64,000 nucleotides of DNA from Octopus sinensis (taxonomy: Eukaryota): the NCBI RefSeq assembly GCF_006345805.1, contig NC_043002.1, positions 17,608,001 through 17,672,000 of the forward strand. The letters run 5' to 3'. Below the pieces are notes generated by a model, which was not told the DNA's origin, did not search any database, and was given only the letters and a program-made list of their open reading frames with translations. Of the stretch, positions 1-11,888 are shown in pieces; position 1 is the stretch's first letter, and each line of letters begins with the position of its first letter. The translations under genes were made by a program, and so were the position numbers.

Positions 1-123
1 ATGAATGAGTGGAAGTGGTGAGGTGTTGTATGATTTGAAGTTGGCACGTTATGGGTTATAGCTGTGATTGTGGCTGATTTGTAATGGATTCTTTGGAATG
101 TAATATTTGCGTGTGTATTTGTG

Positions 124-680
124 TTATTCTAAAGCTGAGGTGTATATATCGTTTGCCGTAGACCCGTTAAGAAGTGGCCTGTATTTTGTAATAAAGGGAG
201 TTTCTTTACTTATTCGTTGTCTCGAGGTTGTATCGTCCCTGAATTGGTAGAGGGGGAAGATCCTGAAGCTTGGTGTTTTTTTGTTGGCGCAAGTATCTAT
301 GTGTTGGCTGAATGCTATTTTCCTGTTTTGGGGAATTTTTATCTGGGATTTGTACAGGGCCATTCTTTTACGCAAACTATTTTTTGATTGGCCTATGTAC
401 TGCTCTTGACACCCAGAGCAGGTTAGTGTTATATCAGGTTCTCCGAAGCACATGTGAAGTCGCTTTTCACTGTAAACCGTTGTCCCTGTTTGAAGGAGAA
501 CTCTGATCCCTCTATTAGATAATCGCATATCCTGCAATTGGGTCTTCCACACTTTTTTACTGTCGGCCTCTGTGTTGAAGAGTGTATTCGGGCTTGTGTT
601 AGGAGACTTTTCATAGATTTAGGCTGTCTCTTGCTTTTTATAATCGTGTGTGTTTGGAGGATTGTGTTCATTCTGTGGTC
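124..680 (-). pseudogene. PLE1 Cys-rich linker plus GIY-YIG endonuclease, 1-bp frameshift near 430
   Basis: KCGRPNCRICDYL...FTCASENLI then, in another frame, LTCSGCQEQYIGQSKNSLRKR...KYRPLLN. Confidence 0.88.
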
Positions 681-722
681 TTTTTTAGGAGGGGTATGTT
701 TTGGAGGATGGTGTCGAAAGCT

Positions 723-2400
723 TCATTGTTGAGTGTTGTGTGTGGAGATGTATGGTAGGTCTTTTGGTCGTAAATGTTTCTTTGATTTGGGATGTCTCAG
801 TTCCTGGATGTTGAGTTGAAGGGCACGTTGAATGCATAAGTCAATAAGTGAAGGTCGGTAGTTCCTGGTGATGAGGGTATCTTTTAGTTCTTGTATACGT
901 GTGTCTGGTGTTTGCATTAGAAACTATAGTACATATCCTTTTTGCTAGGTTGAAGGGGATATTCATTCTGGTGTGTCTGGGGTGGCATGAATTGAATGGA
1001 AGATATTGCTTAGAATCTGTAGGCTTATAGTATATGTCTGTTTCTATTACATTATTAGCTTTCTTAATGAGGATATCGAGGAAGAGGAGTTGTTGCTAGC
1101 TATATTCCATCGTGAATTGGATGTTTACGCCCAGTACATTTAAAATTGCTTGGAATTCTTTGAGTTTCTCTATATTTTCATGCCAAAGAATGAAACATTC
1201 ATCTAGATATCTCTTCCAGTTGTTTTCTATGTAGATGGCGAAAGGGCTGCCATATCTTTGTAGAACCTTACGATACAGACTGATTTCTAGATATCCTATG
1301 ACTAGGTTGGCAAAGGAGGGGGGCCATTCGTGTACCCATCGCAGTCCCCAATTTTTGTCGGTAGAAGTTGTCTTTGAAGGCGAAGAAGTTATTTTCCAGG
1401 ATGAATTTAACCCCATCTATCACGAATTCTTTTTTGATGCGATGTGGGTGTTCGTTGGCGTGATTCTCTAGCCAGAAGTGAATTGCTTCTATTCCAAGGT
1501 TGTGGGGGATATTGGAGTAGAGGTTGACTACATCGAAGGATACTAGTAGAGTGTTTTTGTTTATAGTATTAGGTAGGTGACTGAGCATATCCAAGTCGTC
1601 CCTTATATAGCTTTTGACATGTTTGAGGAGTGGTTTTAACAGGGTGTCTAAAAAGTTACTGAGGTGGTGGGTTTCGCATGCGGAAATTGCTATTATGGGT
1701 CTCAGTTGAGGTCATTAGGATTAGGGACTTTATTATTTTGTCTGTAGCTATCTTGCATGCGTTACTTATTTTCTCACTTTTGTGTATCTTAGGTATACCG
1801 TAGAATTGGCTGGTTTTACTTGTGAAATTGGTCATATAATCATATTCGTTGTCGGTGAGCCCTTCTTTGAATGAGTTTAACATGGATTTTAGTTCCCTCA
1901 TTATTTTTTGTTGACTGTAGTTTTGTGCCTTTTCATAATATGTTGTGTCTTCCAGCATAGATAGTACTAAAGTTATGTAAAATGTCGTGTCCATTAAGAC
2001 AACTGCAATCCTTTTATCGGCCTCTTTGATTGTTATTGTTGTGTCTTGTTTTAATTTGTTCAAATCAGCCCATTCTTTTTTGCTGAAGTTTGGTTTGTGT
2101 TTTTGTTTGTGCATATGTTGATATGGGTAATTTGATATGTGGTCACAGAAATGATCAAGTGTTTTGTTCTTACCTTTTGAGGGGGTGTAGTTACTACTAT
2201 TTCTGACCAACGATTCGTCCTCGTTGTATTTGTCATATAGCTCCTCAGTAAGTCGTAATTTTCTACAGAATTCTACGATATCTTCTTTCATTTCATTATA
2301 GTTGGGGTGTTGTGGGGTGGGTGTAAACTTGACTCCTTTGGCAAGTATATATATTTGGTTTTGCTGTTAGTTCATTGTGAGTTAGATTGATCATTTTTAT
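723..2400 (-). pseudogene. PLE1 reverse transcriptase domain, split into at least 4 frames
   Basis: ORF-track pieces 1656-2291, 1268-1594, 1096-1416 and 723-917 carry consecutive PLE RT and thumb motifs; motif C reads YLDE instead of YxDD. Confidence 0.9.
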
Positions 2401-2696
2401 TACTTTTGGTTCCTCCTGCTTGTTTGGTGCTATCTTGTGTCTCTGTGTTTGCGTATTGGGTCTAAAACATGAATGCGGTCGTTGGGACGGTAGCTATTAT
2501 ATAGTTGTTCTTTGTTGATGTGGGGTGTCCTGTTGTGATTTATGGTGTGTGTTCTTGGAATAGTATTGAGAAGTGCGTCCCGATATCCCATATTCGGGTG
2601 TGGTGTTTTAGGAGGCCTTCCTTGGTAATCATTGCGAGTGGTGTGGGTTTGTTGTGCATGTTTGTTTAGCCGGTTGTTGGAACGAAGATTTCGTTG

Positions 2697-2703
2697 GTAT
2701 ATA

Positions 2704-2774
<71 letters not shown>

Positions 2775-2775
2775 C

Positions 2776-2817
<42 letters not shown>

Positions 2818-3007
2818 ATATATATATATTATGTGTGTGTGTGTGTGTGTATGTATAAAAACGCACATATATAAAGATATGCGTACGTGCGCGCCACACA
2901 CACACACACAAATACTATTTAAGTGTGTGTGTGTATGCGTTTATACATTCAATAAAAATGAAAATAAAATACATAGTTAACCTATTTATTATATATATAG
3001 TACATAT

Positions 3008-3086
<79 letters not shown>

Positions 3087-3090
3087 CCAT
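2697..3090. repeat. (TA)n/(TG)n/(CA)n compound microsatellite
   Basis: Direct reading; source of the poly-IY and CV ORFs at 2430-2980. Confidence 0.98.
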
Positions 3091-4548
3091 ATATCATTAA
3101 TATCAGTGTACTAATTGAAATATATGACATTACTAGCTTATTAAATGTTTTTCAATCGCAGATGCTATTCCTCACTAAATCTTTCATGTATCTATCTTAA
3201 CTTTTTAAAAAAATATTTGTTCAGAAGAATTCATATATACATATTTTATGGCTTCTTGTATACGCCAATCATTTTGTTTGCTAAAATATTTTCGCAATCT
3301 TTTTTCAATTGTTTGCAAAGGATAAATATGGAAAGAAAGCTAATTATAAGTTGTGTATTTAGAAAATCACAAAAGAATATAAGACACCAGTGCATACTTT
3401 GTCAGTTACGTGACAGAAGACACAATTATTGTTCACTCGTATAATAGGTGTAAGTGGAAAACACATTCGGCATATCTCTTTCGGCTTTCTATAACTCAAA
3501 CATTCTTTGTTTTCTATACTGTTTTTGTTTTTACTTATTCTTTATTTGCAAACGCTTTTGTTGTGTTTTTTTTTTTAAGCAGCCAACTCCACTTTCTTCG
3601 AAATAGAAATCCGCAAACATTTGGAAACCCATCATGCAAATAATCATTACTCGGAAAAATATAAAAGAAAATAAATAAACTATAAACCGAAACTTCTTTC
3701 ATTCTGTGTTTTGCTTCTTTATATTCATATATACTGTTTCAATTCGCATGGGCGCATATATGTACATACACACATAAATATGGGAGAAAATGATAAATAT
3801 AAAGATACTTAGGAAGATCGATAAGAGTAGGTAGAGAAAGGGATAGATGCATACATATACAAAGAAACATATACACAAACACACATACACATATACATAG
3901 ACATATACACATCCCGTATGTCAGCTTTCTCGTAATGATTTTCGTGTTGAAACCTGTCAGTACTGAACATGAAAAGAAACTTAATGCAGCCCACACCTTT
4001 TCTACTCATGAAGTTAAGCTTTGCATGCATAACATCTACGTCAACAAGAAAGAGAATTGATTACAACGTTCTAGTGGGATTTCGGATTGGAGTTTGGTCA
4101 GGTTATGTGTTTCAAATCTGGAAGTCAAACAAGCTGAGATTGTTGACCAGGCAAGGAATATAGATACGAATTACTTGTGTATATCCCCTATTAAAAGTGT
4201 TGAATATTATAACTATTCCGAAATCGCTGAGGATATTTCTCAGACAAAGCTACCACAATGAAAATATACGCATTTTGCTTAAAGAATGAGAGTAAATTTC
4301 TCAATAAATACTGCAGAATAAAATTATTTAATGTACCTAAAGTAGTTCCTACATGATATTTCATAAATTACAGTTTGTATCTATAAAACCTTGAAAATAT
4401 CCATGATAATTCCTAAACGTATGTTTCAGTAGCCTTTACACCTTACATACTACTGTCTTTTTATCATGTAACGTGTCCTTTTAGGTTCACTTCTGCTTTA
4501 TATAAATGAACACTAATTATATATATATATATATATTTTTTTTTTTTA

Positions 4549-4577
<29 letters not shown>

Positions 4578-4579
<2 letters not shown>

Positions 4580-4795
4580 AATTAAATTTATATATAAAAC
4601 CATTATTAGGCAAATCAAACAGTGAAAAACATAAACCAAAACATAGAAATAAAATTAATTAATATAATTAATTTGATTTGCCTAATTGTGGTTTTATCTC
4701 TAATTTAATTTTTATTTATACTGTAAAATTAGATTTAATCCTAAATCTAATTTTTCCCTGTAAGTTTGGATTTACTCCCTAATATTATATATATA
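4578..4795. repeat. AT-rich repeat with about 40-bp inverted arms, flanked by (TA)n
   Basis: aattaaatttatatataaaaccattattaggcaaatcaaa (about 4580-4619) is the near reverse complement of tttgatttgcctaattgtggttttatctctaatttaatt (about 4672-4710). Confidence 0.7.
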
Positions 4796-4861
4796 TATAC
4801 ATACATACATATATATATATATGTCCACAGAAGGACATATATCAGCAGGTGTATATATAGA

Positions 4862-5200
4862 AACAATTTTTTTCAGAATGAGATAAAAAAAATCGAAGGT
4901 GTGAAGATTTATAAATAGAAGGTCTTACAGCTGTTTCCGGAAAATCTTATGTGTATACCATTCTGCCTAAATAATGGTTCTACAAATGCAATAACCCTGC
5001 ATATCTCACATCAATTTTCATTACTCCACGCCACTCTCTTTTTCATATCTTACCTAAATTAACCATTGTTTAACTATTTTTCTCCGATAAAGGGATATAA
5101 AAACATCCCGAGACCGATGTAATACCTATTTATAAACGTTCTAAAATCTTCACACCCTTGCTTTTTTTATCTCATTCTGAAAAAAAATTTGTAAATATAT
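4862..5200. mobile_element. Head-to-head inverted PLE pLTR-like remnant with decayed hammerhead motifs (HHR family b)
   Basis: 4862-4940 is the inverted copy of about 5110-5195. The minus strand has GAAACAGCTGTAAGAC (4922-4937). The plus strand has a decayed core tct-CCGATAA-A-GGGAT..ATCCC-GAGAC-CGAT-GTA (5081-5121). Homologous to 52630-52880. Confidence 0.7.
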
Positions 5201-5246
5201 CTATATCTATATATATATATATATTTATATCTATATATATATATAT

Positions 5247-5337
<91 letters not shown>

Positions 5338-5624
5338 TGCATTAATATATGAGTGTATGTGTCTATGTGTAAAGTATGTACATGGGAAACCACGTAATGC
5401 TCAATGATATATTTTCTTATCGCCATCGTTTTTTTTTTCATGTAACATTGATTTCTGTAGAGGAGCATAGACCCGACACGCCAAAAAATCCCTCCAATAT
5501 TTTCGTGAGCATCAATGTAACACGCCGTGTTTGTTGGTCCCTCACTTGTCCCTCTTTTTGCTTTTTGCTTGCTGCATAATCTTGCACTACATACACGCAT
5601 ACACACACACACTCACAAATGTAT

Positions 5625-5663
<39 letters not shown>

Positions 5664-5714
5664 CATACATATACGTATATATGTATATATATATATACAT
5701 ATGCATTTATTTAC

Positions 5715-5749
<35 letters not shown>

Positions 5750-5915
5750 TGTATGTATGTATGTATGTATGGGTAAAGGTTATATATATTTATATATATA
5801 TAGAGACAAATATATTTGTTGTGAACTTCCGTGTCTATATATATAGTAAATATATATGTTTATGTGTGTGTATGTAAGTGTACGTGTGTATGTGTATGTG
5901 TGTGTGTGTGTGTTT
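5195..5915. repeat. (TA)n, (TATG)n, (CA)n microsatellite cluster
   Basis: Direct reading. Confidence 0.95.
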
Positions 5916-6744
5916 GCGTGTTTGTTTAGCCATCGACGAAACAGTTATTATTTTCATGTTTTAATGATCATGTACGTGTTCAGTGAATAAATATATTTGA
6001 AATATCGAAGTGGAGTAATTATGTGCTAACACAGACCTACGTGCAAGAAGAAAGTAATTGCTTTTAGATACATTAATTATGGTGAAGAGTAGCAAAGGCG
6101 TTCGATATATTTAATTAAAAGTAAAAATATATGTATATATATATAAAAAATAGAAAACACCTCTTGTCAGTATATTCTGCCCATGTATTGATGAATCTCG
6201 ATATAATTCTAATGACTCTTTGCTTTTCTGATAAAATTCGATTGTATAGACGTATTTATTTTGGCGATATATGGCATTATCGTTTCCAATTACAGCTTAA
6301 ATTATGTTTCAGGTTATTCAGACTTATTTGCGTAATATCTTGATTTGGGAAATGAATCTTAAATATTCTCTATGGACTTTAACAATCTTCTAATACACAA
6401 ATATTTCCATAATTTTTACGAAGAAGTATATATTCACTGTATTGAATATTCCGGGCCAAATGTTGAACTAATTCGTTGTGTTGTTGTTATGGCTGCTACC
6501 TCAATTGGAATGAGCGCGGTTCAATTTTGATGCTGGTAGTACCACTGTATTTTAAGTCAATGCTTTTAAAGCAACTCAAGAAATGAAATGACTTCGCAAC
6601 TTAATAGTCTAGTTCTTGTCTATTTTTATGCTCTTGAATCCTATGACAGATATTGGCATTATAAGTTTTCAGACTCCTTTACTATGCAGCTTTGCTTGCA
6701 TTATATATTGTGATGTTTAGCATAGTTAACCCGTAGTGTCATGA

Positions 6745-7012
6745 AGTTAACTATATTTCATTTTCATTATTTACATTTGATGGATATTTGTCCTCATCTT
6801 GTTTGTTGTTAACACGCTTCGGCTGATATACCCTCCAGCCTTCATCAGGTGTCTTGGGTAATTATTTTATTATCATTACTAGTATTATTATTATTGGGTA
6901 ATAATAATAATATTATTACTAGTATTATTATTCAGGTCACTGAATGGAATCGAACTCGAAATATTGAGGTTAGTAGCCCGCGCTCTTAAACACAACGCCA
7001 TATGCCCGTGGA
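6745..7012 (-). mobile_element. tRNA-derived head + (TAA)n + decayed hammerhead ribozyme (HHR family c), at the 3' end of PLE3
   Basis: Minus strand: box A-like TGGCGTTGTGT and box B GAGTTCGATTCC (6933-7008), then a TAA-rich tract, then GACAC-CTGATGA-A-GGCTG-loop-CAGCC-GAAG-C-GTGTT (6853-6811). Confidence 0.7.
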
Positions 7013-7054
7013 CAATTATGTAGTAAATTTTTAGGGCTTACAAATCTAATATTC

Positions 7055-7660
7055 TCCTATCCTTCCATAATACCGGTTCCCATATGTTATTCATATCTGC
7101 ACTCGGTATTCTTATGAGGTTGTTTTATCGTAGCATATGTGCTGCTTCTTTTAGTTTTCATATTTTCAAGGGGTGTTCTCTGTCTATTATTTTATCTTCA
7201 TCCCACTGAGGGAGGTGGTTTTCATTTTTCTATACATGATCAGCTATACCCAATTAATCAATATCTCCTCGTGTCACAGCTTTGCAATGATCATCTACCC
7301 TTATCTTGAGGGACGGCATGTTTCACCATCTGGTTGGAATAAATGGAGGTATCCTTGATCAATTCTCTGAAGTGGGTGGAATTCTTCACGTACAATGTTG
7401 ACTTTCCTACTAATGGACGGACTATATACACAAGGAAGCGGCTCAGTGGATGACATGCTGAACCGCTACAGCTCACTCTAGGTCTTAATGGAATACCATA
7501 GTTGGGAATTTTAGGGAGACAGTACATGCGTGGTAGTTTACTGTAGTGTTAAGCCAGTTGTCTGTACTTCATTAGTGGAGATCTGTGACGATTTCTTCTG
7601 TTTTCAGAGTTGGGTCTTTCTTTACTTTGCTGCATCTACCATCACTTAAAAGACTACGAA
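7055..7660 (-). mobile_element. Internally deleted Penelope-like element (PLE3, Poseidon-like): RT N-terminal part joined to GIY-YIG C-terminal tail
   Basis: YCLPKIPNYGIPLRPRVSCSGSACHPLSRFLVYIVRPLVGKSTLYVKNS (7291-7527), then about 100 bp later NHLPQWDEDKIIDREHPLKI*KLKEAAHML. Confidence 0.8.
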
Positions 7661-8347
7661 ATAATTTTTTGTTTCAGCAGTAAAAATTGCAGTTATGAAT
7701 TTCCTGGCAGGATATATAACACCACTATAACTAAATATATCCAAGCCCAATTAAAATCTAATCGTAATGTAGGTGTGATAGATAGCCTGTTATTGTTTTT
7801 AGCAACACCCGGTCAGCACTGTTCACGATAAACTATTTTCAAATGTGCTCTACCCTTGACCATTCTCTATTTAATACCTTTAATTTTTACTTAGCATTGT
7901 ATCAAGGAGAACGTTAATCAATGAGTGCATCCATTTTAAAATCATGTAGATAGCGATATGCAGTCGGTTCAGAGACAATGTGGAGGCTCATTCGTTTGTC
8001 TGTGTATTAAGTATGGTTGGCTAATGGGAGATGGTTAGGTTGAGGTATCGATACTATATCTTCCAATTTTTAGTGATGCTTTGATAATATACAGAACGAT
8101 GTTTCTAATTCATAAATACGCGTACGCGCGCGCATCAGCCAGCTTAATTAACGATTTTACTGCTATTTTTGGTTGGTATTTCGAAGAAACACCTTGCTCA
8201 AACATCTTATATGCTGGTATTCTAATTAGAAATTTCAAGTGTTGATAATTTCTTGCATAATTAACAAATCCTTGCCTTAAATGATTGTCTGATAAGTTAG
8301 TAGTCATGCTACGTATTAAACAAGCTAACTAACTGTAGTATGCATAC

Positions 8348-8632
8348 AGGCGGCGAGCTGGCAGAAACGGTAGCACGCCGGGCGAAATGCTTTGTGGTAT
8401 TTCGTCTGCCGCTGCGTTCTGAGTTCAAATTCTGCCGAGGTCGATTTAACTTTCATCCTTCTGGGGTCGGTAAATAAGTGCCAGTGACGCTTATCTGTCC
8501 TTGTTGGTCCCCTCTATATTTAGCCCCTCGTGTGTAGTAAAGAAATAGGCATTTCGTCTGCCGTTACGTTCTGAGTTCAAATTCCGCCGTCCTTTCGTCT
8601 TTTCGGGGTCGATAAATTAAGTACAAGTTACA
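8348..8632 (+). mobile_element. tRNA-derived SINE family A, head-to-tail dimer
   Basis: Box A TGGCAGAAACGG, box B GAGTTCAAATTC, core gtcga..tttcatccttctggggtcg. The tail aaagaaatagg joins directly to atttcgtctgccg of a second, headless unit. Confidence 0.88.
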
Positions 8633-8663
8633 CCTAGAGTGAAAAAGATTAATGTCACTTCAT

Positions 8664-8830
8664 AAGGCGGGGAGCAGGCAGAAACTTTAGCATGCCGGAC
8701 GAAATGCTTAGCAGTATTTCGTCTGTCATTACTTTCTGAGTTCAAATTCCGTGGAGGTCAACTTTACCTTTCATCCTTTCGGGGTCGATTAAATAGGTAT
8801 CAGTTACGCACTGAGGTCGATGTAATCGAC
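8664..8830 (+). mobile_element. SINE family A, 3'-truncated
   Basis: aaggcggggagcaggcagaaactttagc...gagttcaaattcc...ctttcatcctttcggggtcgatt. Confidence 0.88.
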
Positions 8831-8856
8831 AGAGTAAGAGAGAGAGAGGCAGACAG

Positions 8857-8857
<1 letters not shown>

Positions 8858-8913
<56 letters not shown>

Positions 8914-9090
8914 ATATATATAGGTATACATATATATATATATATGTATATATATATGTGTGTATATGTATATATATATATATATGTGTGCGTGTATACC
9001 ATACAAGATATTATAATAACGTATTAAGATAGAATAAATACATTATATTATATATATATATATACATACCTATATAAATATATATATATA
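8858..9090. repeat. (TA)n microsatellite
   Basis: Direct reading. Confidence 0.97.
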
Positions 9091-9454
9091 ATGATTGCCA
9101 GTAGGGAAACAGATGCCGTTGAATTATCCTTATCACCATTCGAAAATTGTGTTATCATCCCAAGGAAGGAGGTACCGACACGTTTTCACCAAGATTATTA
9201 AGGAGCCCTATCTACTCCAGTTTTAAAATAAGATTTCCTTCCAGAGAGACTGCCTGCCAAAAATACGAGTTCTCCACCTGCTTTGGGATGGCCATTAACT
9301 CTGAATACTTCTGCCTTTATTGGGTTTTGTTTTCTACACTACAGCTTGTCCAAAATAAATATTTTACCCTCCTCAACAAGCAAACTTAGTGGGGAAGGCG
9401 GTTTAGTTTCCTTCCAATACTCATACTTTGAAAATGTCGGCAGCGACCATATTT

Positions 9455-10263
9455 TTTTTTTTACTTCTTTATCTCTCACACAGGGCTAAACATAGAGGAA
9501 ACGAACAAACACATACAAGGGGATTACGTCTATTACATCGACCACAGTTCTTATTCAAGCGACCACTAAAGGATAAAAGGCAAAGTCGACCTCGGAGGAA
9601 TTTGAACTCATAATGTAGCAGCAGACGAAATACCTATTCCTTTACTACTCATAAGGGCTAAACACAGAGGGGACAAACAAGGACAGACAGACGGATTAAG
9701 TCGATTTTATCGAATCCAGTGCGTAACTGGTACTTATTTAATCGACCCTGAAAGGATGAAGGGCAAAGTCGACCTCGGGGGATTTTGAACTCAGAAAGTA
9801 GCGGTAGACGAAATACTTATTTCTTTACTACCCACAAGTGGCTCAACACAGAGAGGACGAACAAGGACAGACAAACGGATTTAGTCGATTATATCGATCC
9901 CATCGATAACTGGTACTTATTTAATCGACCCCAAAAGGATGAAATGCAAAGTCGACCTCGGTGGAATTTGAACTCATAATGTAGCGGCAGACGAAATACC
10001 TATTCCTTTACTACCCACAAGGGGCTAAACACAGAGGAGACAAACAAGGACAGACAGACGGATTAAGTCGATTTTATCGAATCCAGTGCGTAACTGGTAC
10101 TTATTTAATCGACCCCGAAAGGATGAAAGGCAAATTCGACCTCGGCGGAATTTGAACTCAGAAAGTAGCGGCAGACGAAATACCTATTTCTTTACTACCG
10201 GCAGACGAAATACTGCTACACATTTCGCCCGGCGTGCTAACGATGCTGCCAGCTCACCGTCCT
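9455..10263 (-). mobile_element. SINE family A tandem tetramer (four units of about 183 bp behind one 5' head)
   Basis: Unit boundaries tatt(c/t)ctttacta at 9635, 9818, 10001 and 10185; a single box-A head at 10200-10263. Confidence 0.92.
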
Positions 10264-10609
10264 CTTCCATAATATATATTATGAGGCGGGGGCCTAGCAG
10301 AATCGTTAGAAGCTCGGCTAATATTCTCAACGACATTTCGTCCATTTTTACGGTGTGAATTCATCTTTGCCTTTCATCCTTTCGGAGCCGATAACATAAC
10401 TAACAGTTTGAGCGCTGTGGTTGTTGTAATCGATTTACTACCACCCCGGAAATTTCTAGCCATATAGCAAAATTTAAAATTAATATATATTCAATATGAA
10501 AATGATTTTCGACAAGCTGAAGTGTGTTCTGAAGCACAAGAGATGGAACGCTCTCTTCCATATCACGGATAGCAATACGAATACAAATCTATTGTATACT
10601 ATACACACT

Positions 10610-10751
10610 TACAAGTACACGACACACATACATACATACGTGCATATATATATAAATACACACACACACACTCACACGCACACACTCAAACAGACACACA
10701 TACACACATATATATATGTACTCACACATATGAATATATAAATATATATAA

Positions 10752-10800
<49 letters not shown>

Positions 10801-10830
10801 TGTGTGTGTGTACGTGTGCGTATTTGTACG
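10610..10830. repeat. (CA)n/(TG)n microsatellite
   Basis: Direct reading. Confidence 0.95.
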
Positions 10831-11152
10831 CATATTATTTCTTTAAATCTTGTGCTTCATCATATTCTGTAGGTTGTTCAATAAATTTTACACATAATAT
10901 ATGCTACTAAGATGAATGATATTTTGGTAGATTGGTCAAGTTGTATAAATCAATATTCACGACTTTGGTCAATGGACATGAAAAGTGCTATATCATACAA
11001 TATATTACTTCATAATATGCGATTACTTCATAAAATGCAATACTGTATAACATGGCAGCAGTAGTTTTAATATAGTATGCTATACAAAACTGTGAACCAA
11101 TTTCAAGGAAACAGAGTTGGGTGTAGTTTTGTTTCAATAATCCTGTCTACAG

Positions 11153-11470
11153 TGAAGGCGCAATGGCCTAGTGGTTAAGGCAGCGGACTCGCGGTCGTAG
11201 GATCACGGTTCCGATTCCCAGACCGGGCGTTGCGTGTGTTTATTGAGCGAAAACAACTAAAAGCTCCACGAGTCTCCGGCAGGTGGTGGGTAACCGCTGT
11301 TGTAATCTTTCGCCGCACCTTTATTTCACTCTCTCTTCCTGTTTCTTGAGTAACGTTCTGATGGGCTGGTGTCCCGTCCATCTAGCGGGGTAGGGAACAC
11401 ATAAGCCATAGAAACCGGGAAACCGGTCCCATGAGCCTGGCTATGCTTGTAAATGGCGCATAAATAGATA
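11153..11470 (+). mobile_element. tRNA-derived SINE family C
   Basis: Box A TGGCCTAGTGG, box B GGTTCCGATTCC; head homologous to the minus-strand copy at 18811-18917. Confidence 0.85.
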
Positions 11471-11583
11471 ATAAAATCCTCTCAACAAGGCGGCGTGAGT
11501 GGATTTAGTAGAAGGGAACTGAAAGAAACCCGTCGTATATCCACCCGTTTTACTATCTATCTATCTACCTATCTATCTATGTA

Positions 11584-11659
<76 letters not shown>

Positions 11660-11820
11660 AAAGGGCTTAGTAAAATAAATTACTTTGCCGCATACTGAAC
11701 TCGTTAGAATAGCAGCTAAAAAAACTATTTCTAACACTTAAGAAAACTCTCTCATATAGTGCTTGCTCAATTCAACCCAAGAAAGTATGAGGGTAGAGAC
11801 ATTAAAAAATCAAATGCAAA

Positions 11821-11888
11821 GGTTATTTGAGTACGTACGTTTCAAGATTAGCCAAGTTCGACCCTTCTCTCATCAGCTCAGAATGCCC
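11821..11888 (-). ncRNA. Minimal type I hammerhead ribozyme, intact core
   Basis: UGAG-CUGAUGA-GAGA(AG)GGUCG[AACU]UGGCU(AA)UCUU-GAAA-C[GUAC]GU-A/CUCA: stem I UGAG:CUCA, extended stem II, palindromic stem III ACGUACGU, GUA cleavage triplet. Confidence 0.85.

Larger units (their letters stand above)
1..2697 (-). mobile_element. Penelope-like retroelement (PLE1), Neptune-like, 5'-truncated at a (TA)n tract, frameshifted; 3' UTR runs off the window start
   Basis: Collinear minus-strand ORF pieces: LAKGVKFTP (about 2340), IKEADKRIAVVLMD, FYGIPKIHK, LVSFDVVNLYSNIPH, GTAMGTRMAP, WKRYLDECF, Cys linker KCGRPNCRIC, and GIY-YIG-type CSGCQEQYIGQ ending KYRPLLN. Confidence 0.93.

Noticed and set aside
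124-680. Selenoprotein-encoding (Naiad-type) PLE
   Set aside because: The conserved linker and GIY-YIG cysteines in PLE1 and PLE2 are TGT/TGC codons, not in-frame TGA; the stops seen are explained by frameshifts.
3409-3458. Possible 44-nt micro-exon (tttgtcag ... gtaagt; frame YVTEDTIIVHSYNR)
   Set aside because: Splice-like words of this quality are common by chance, and no partner exons or homology were recognised. It would need RNA-seq support.
3915-4262. Long reading frame interrupted by one TGA
   Set aside because: No recognisable protein family and no SECIS evidence; compatible with chance.
6933-7008. Genuine tRNA gene (also the heads of SINE families A, B and C)
   Set aside because: Box A/B are present but the acceptor stems do not pair and the sequences continue into repeat bodies.
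9455-10263. CRISPR-like regular array
   Set aside because: The units are whole 183-bp SINE bodies without unique spacers; the context is eukaryotic and there are no cas genes.
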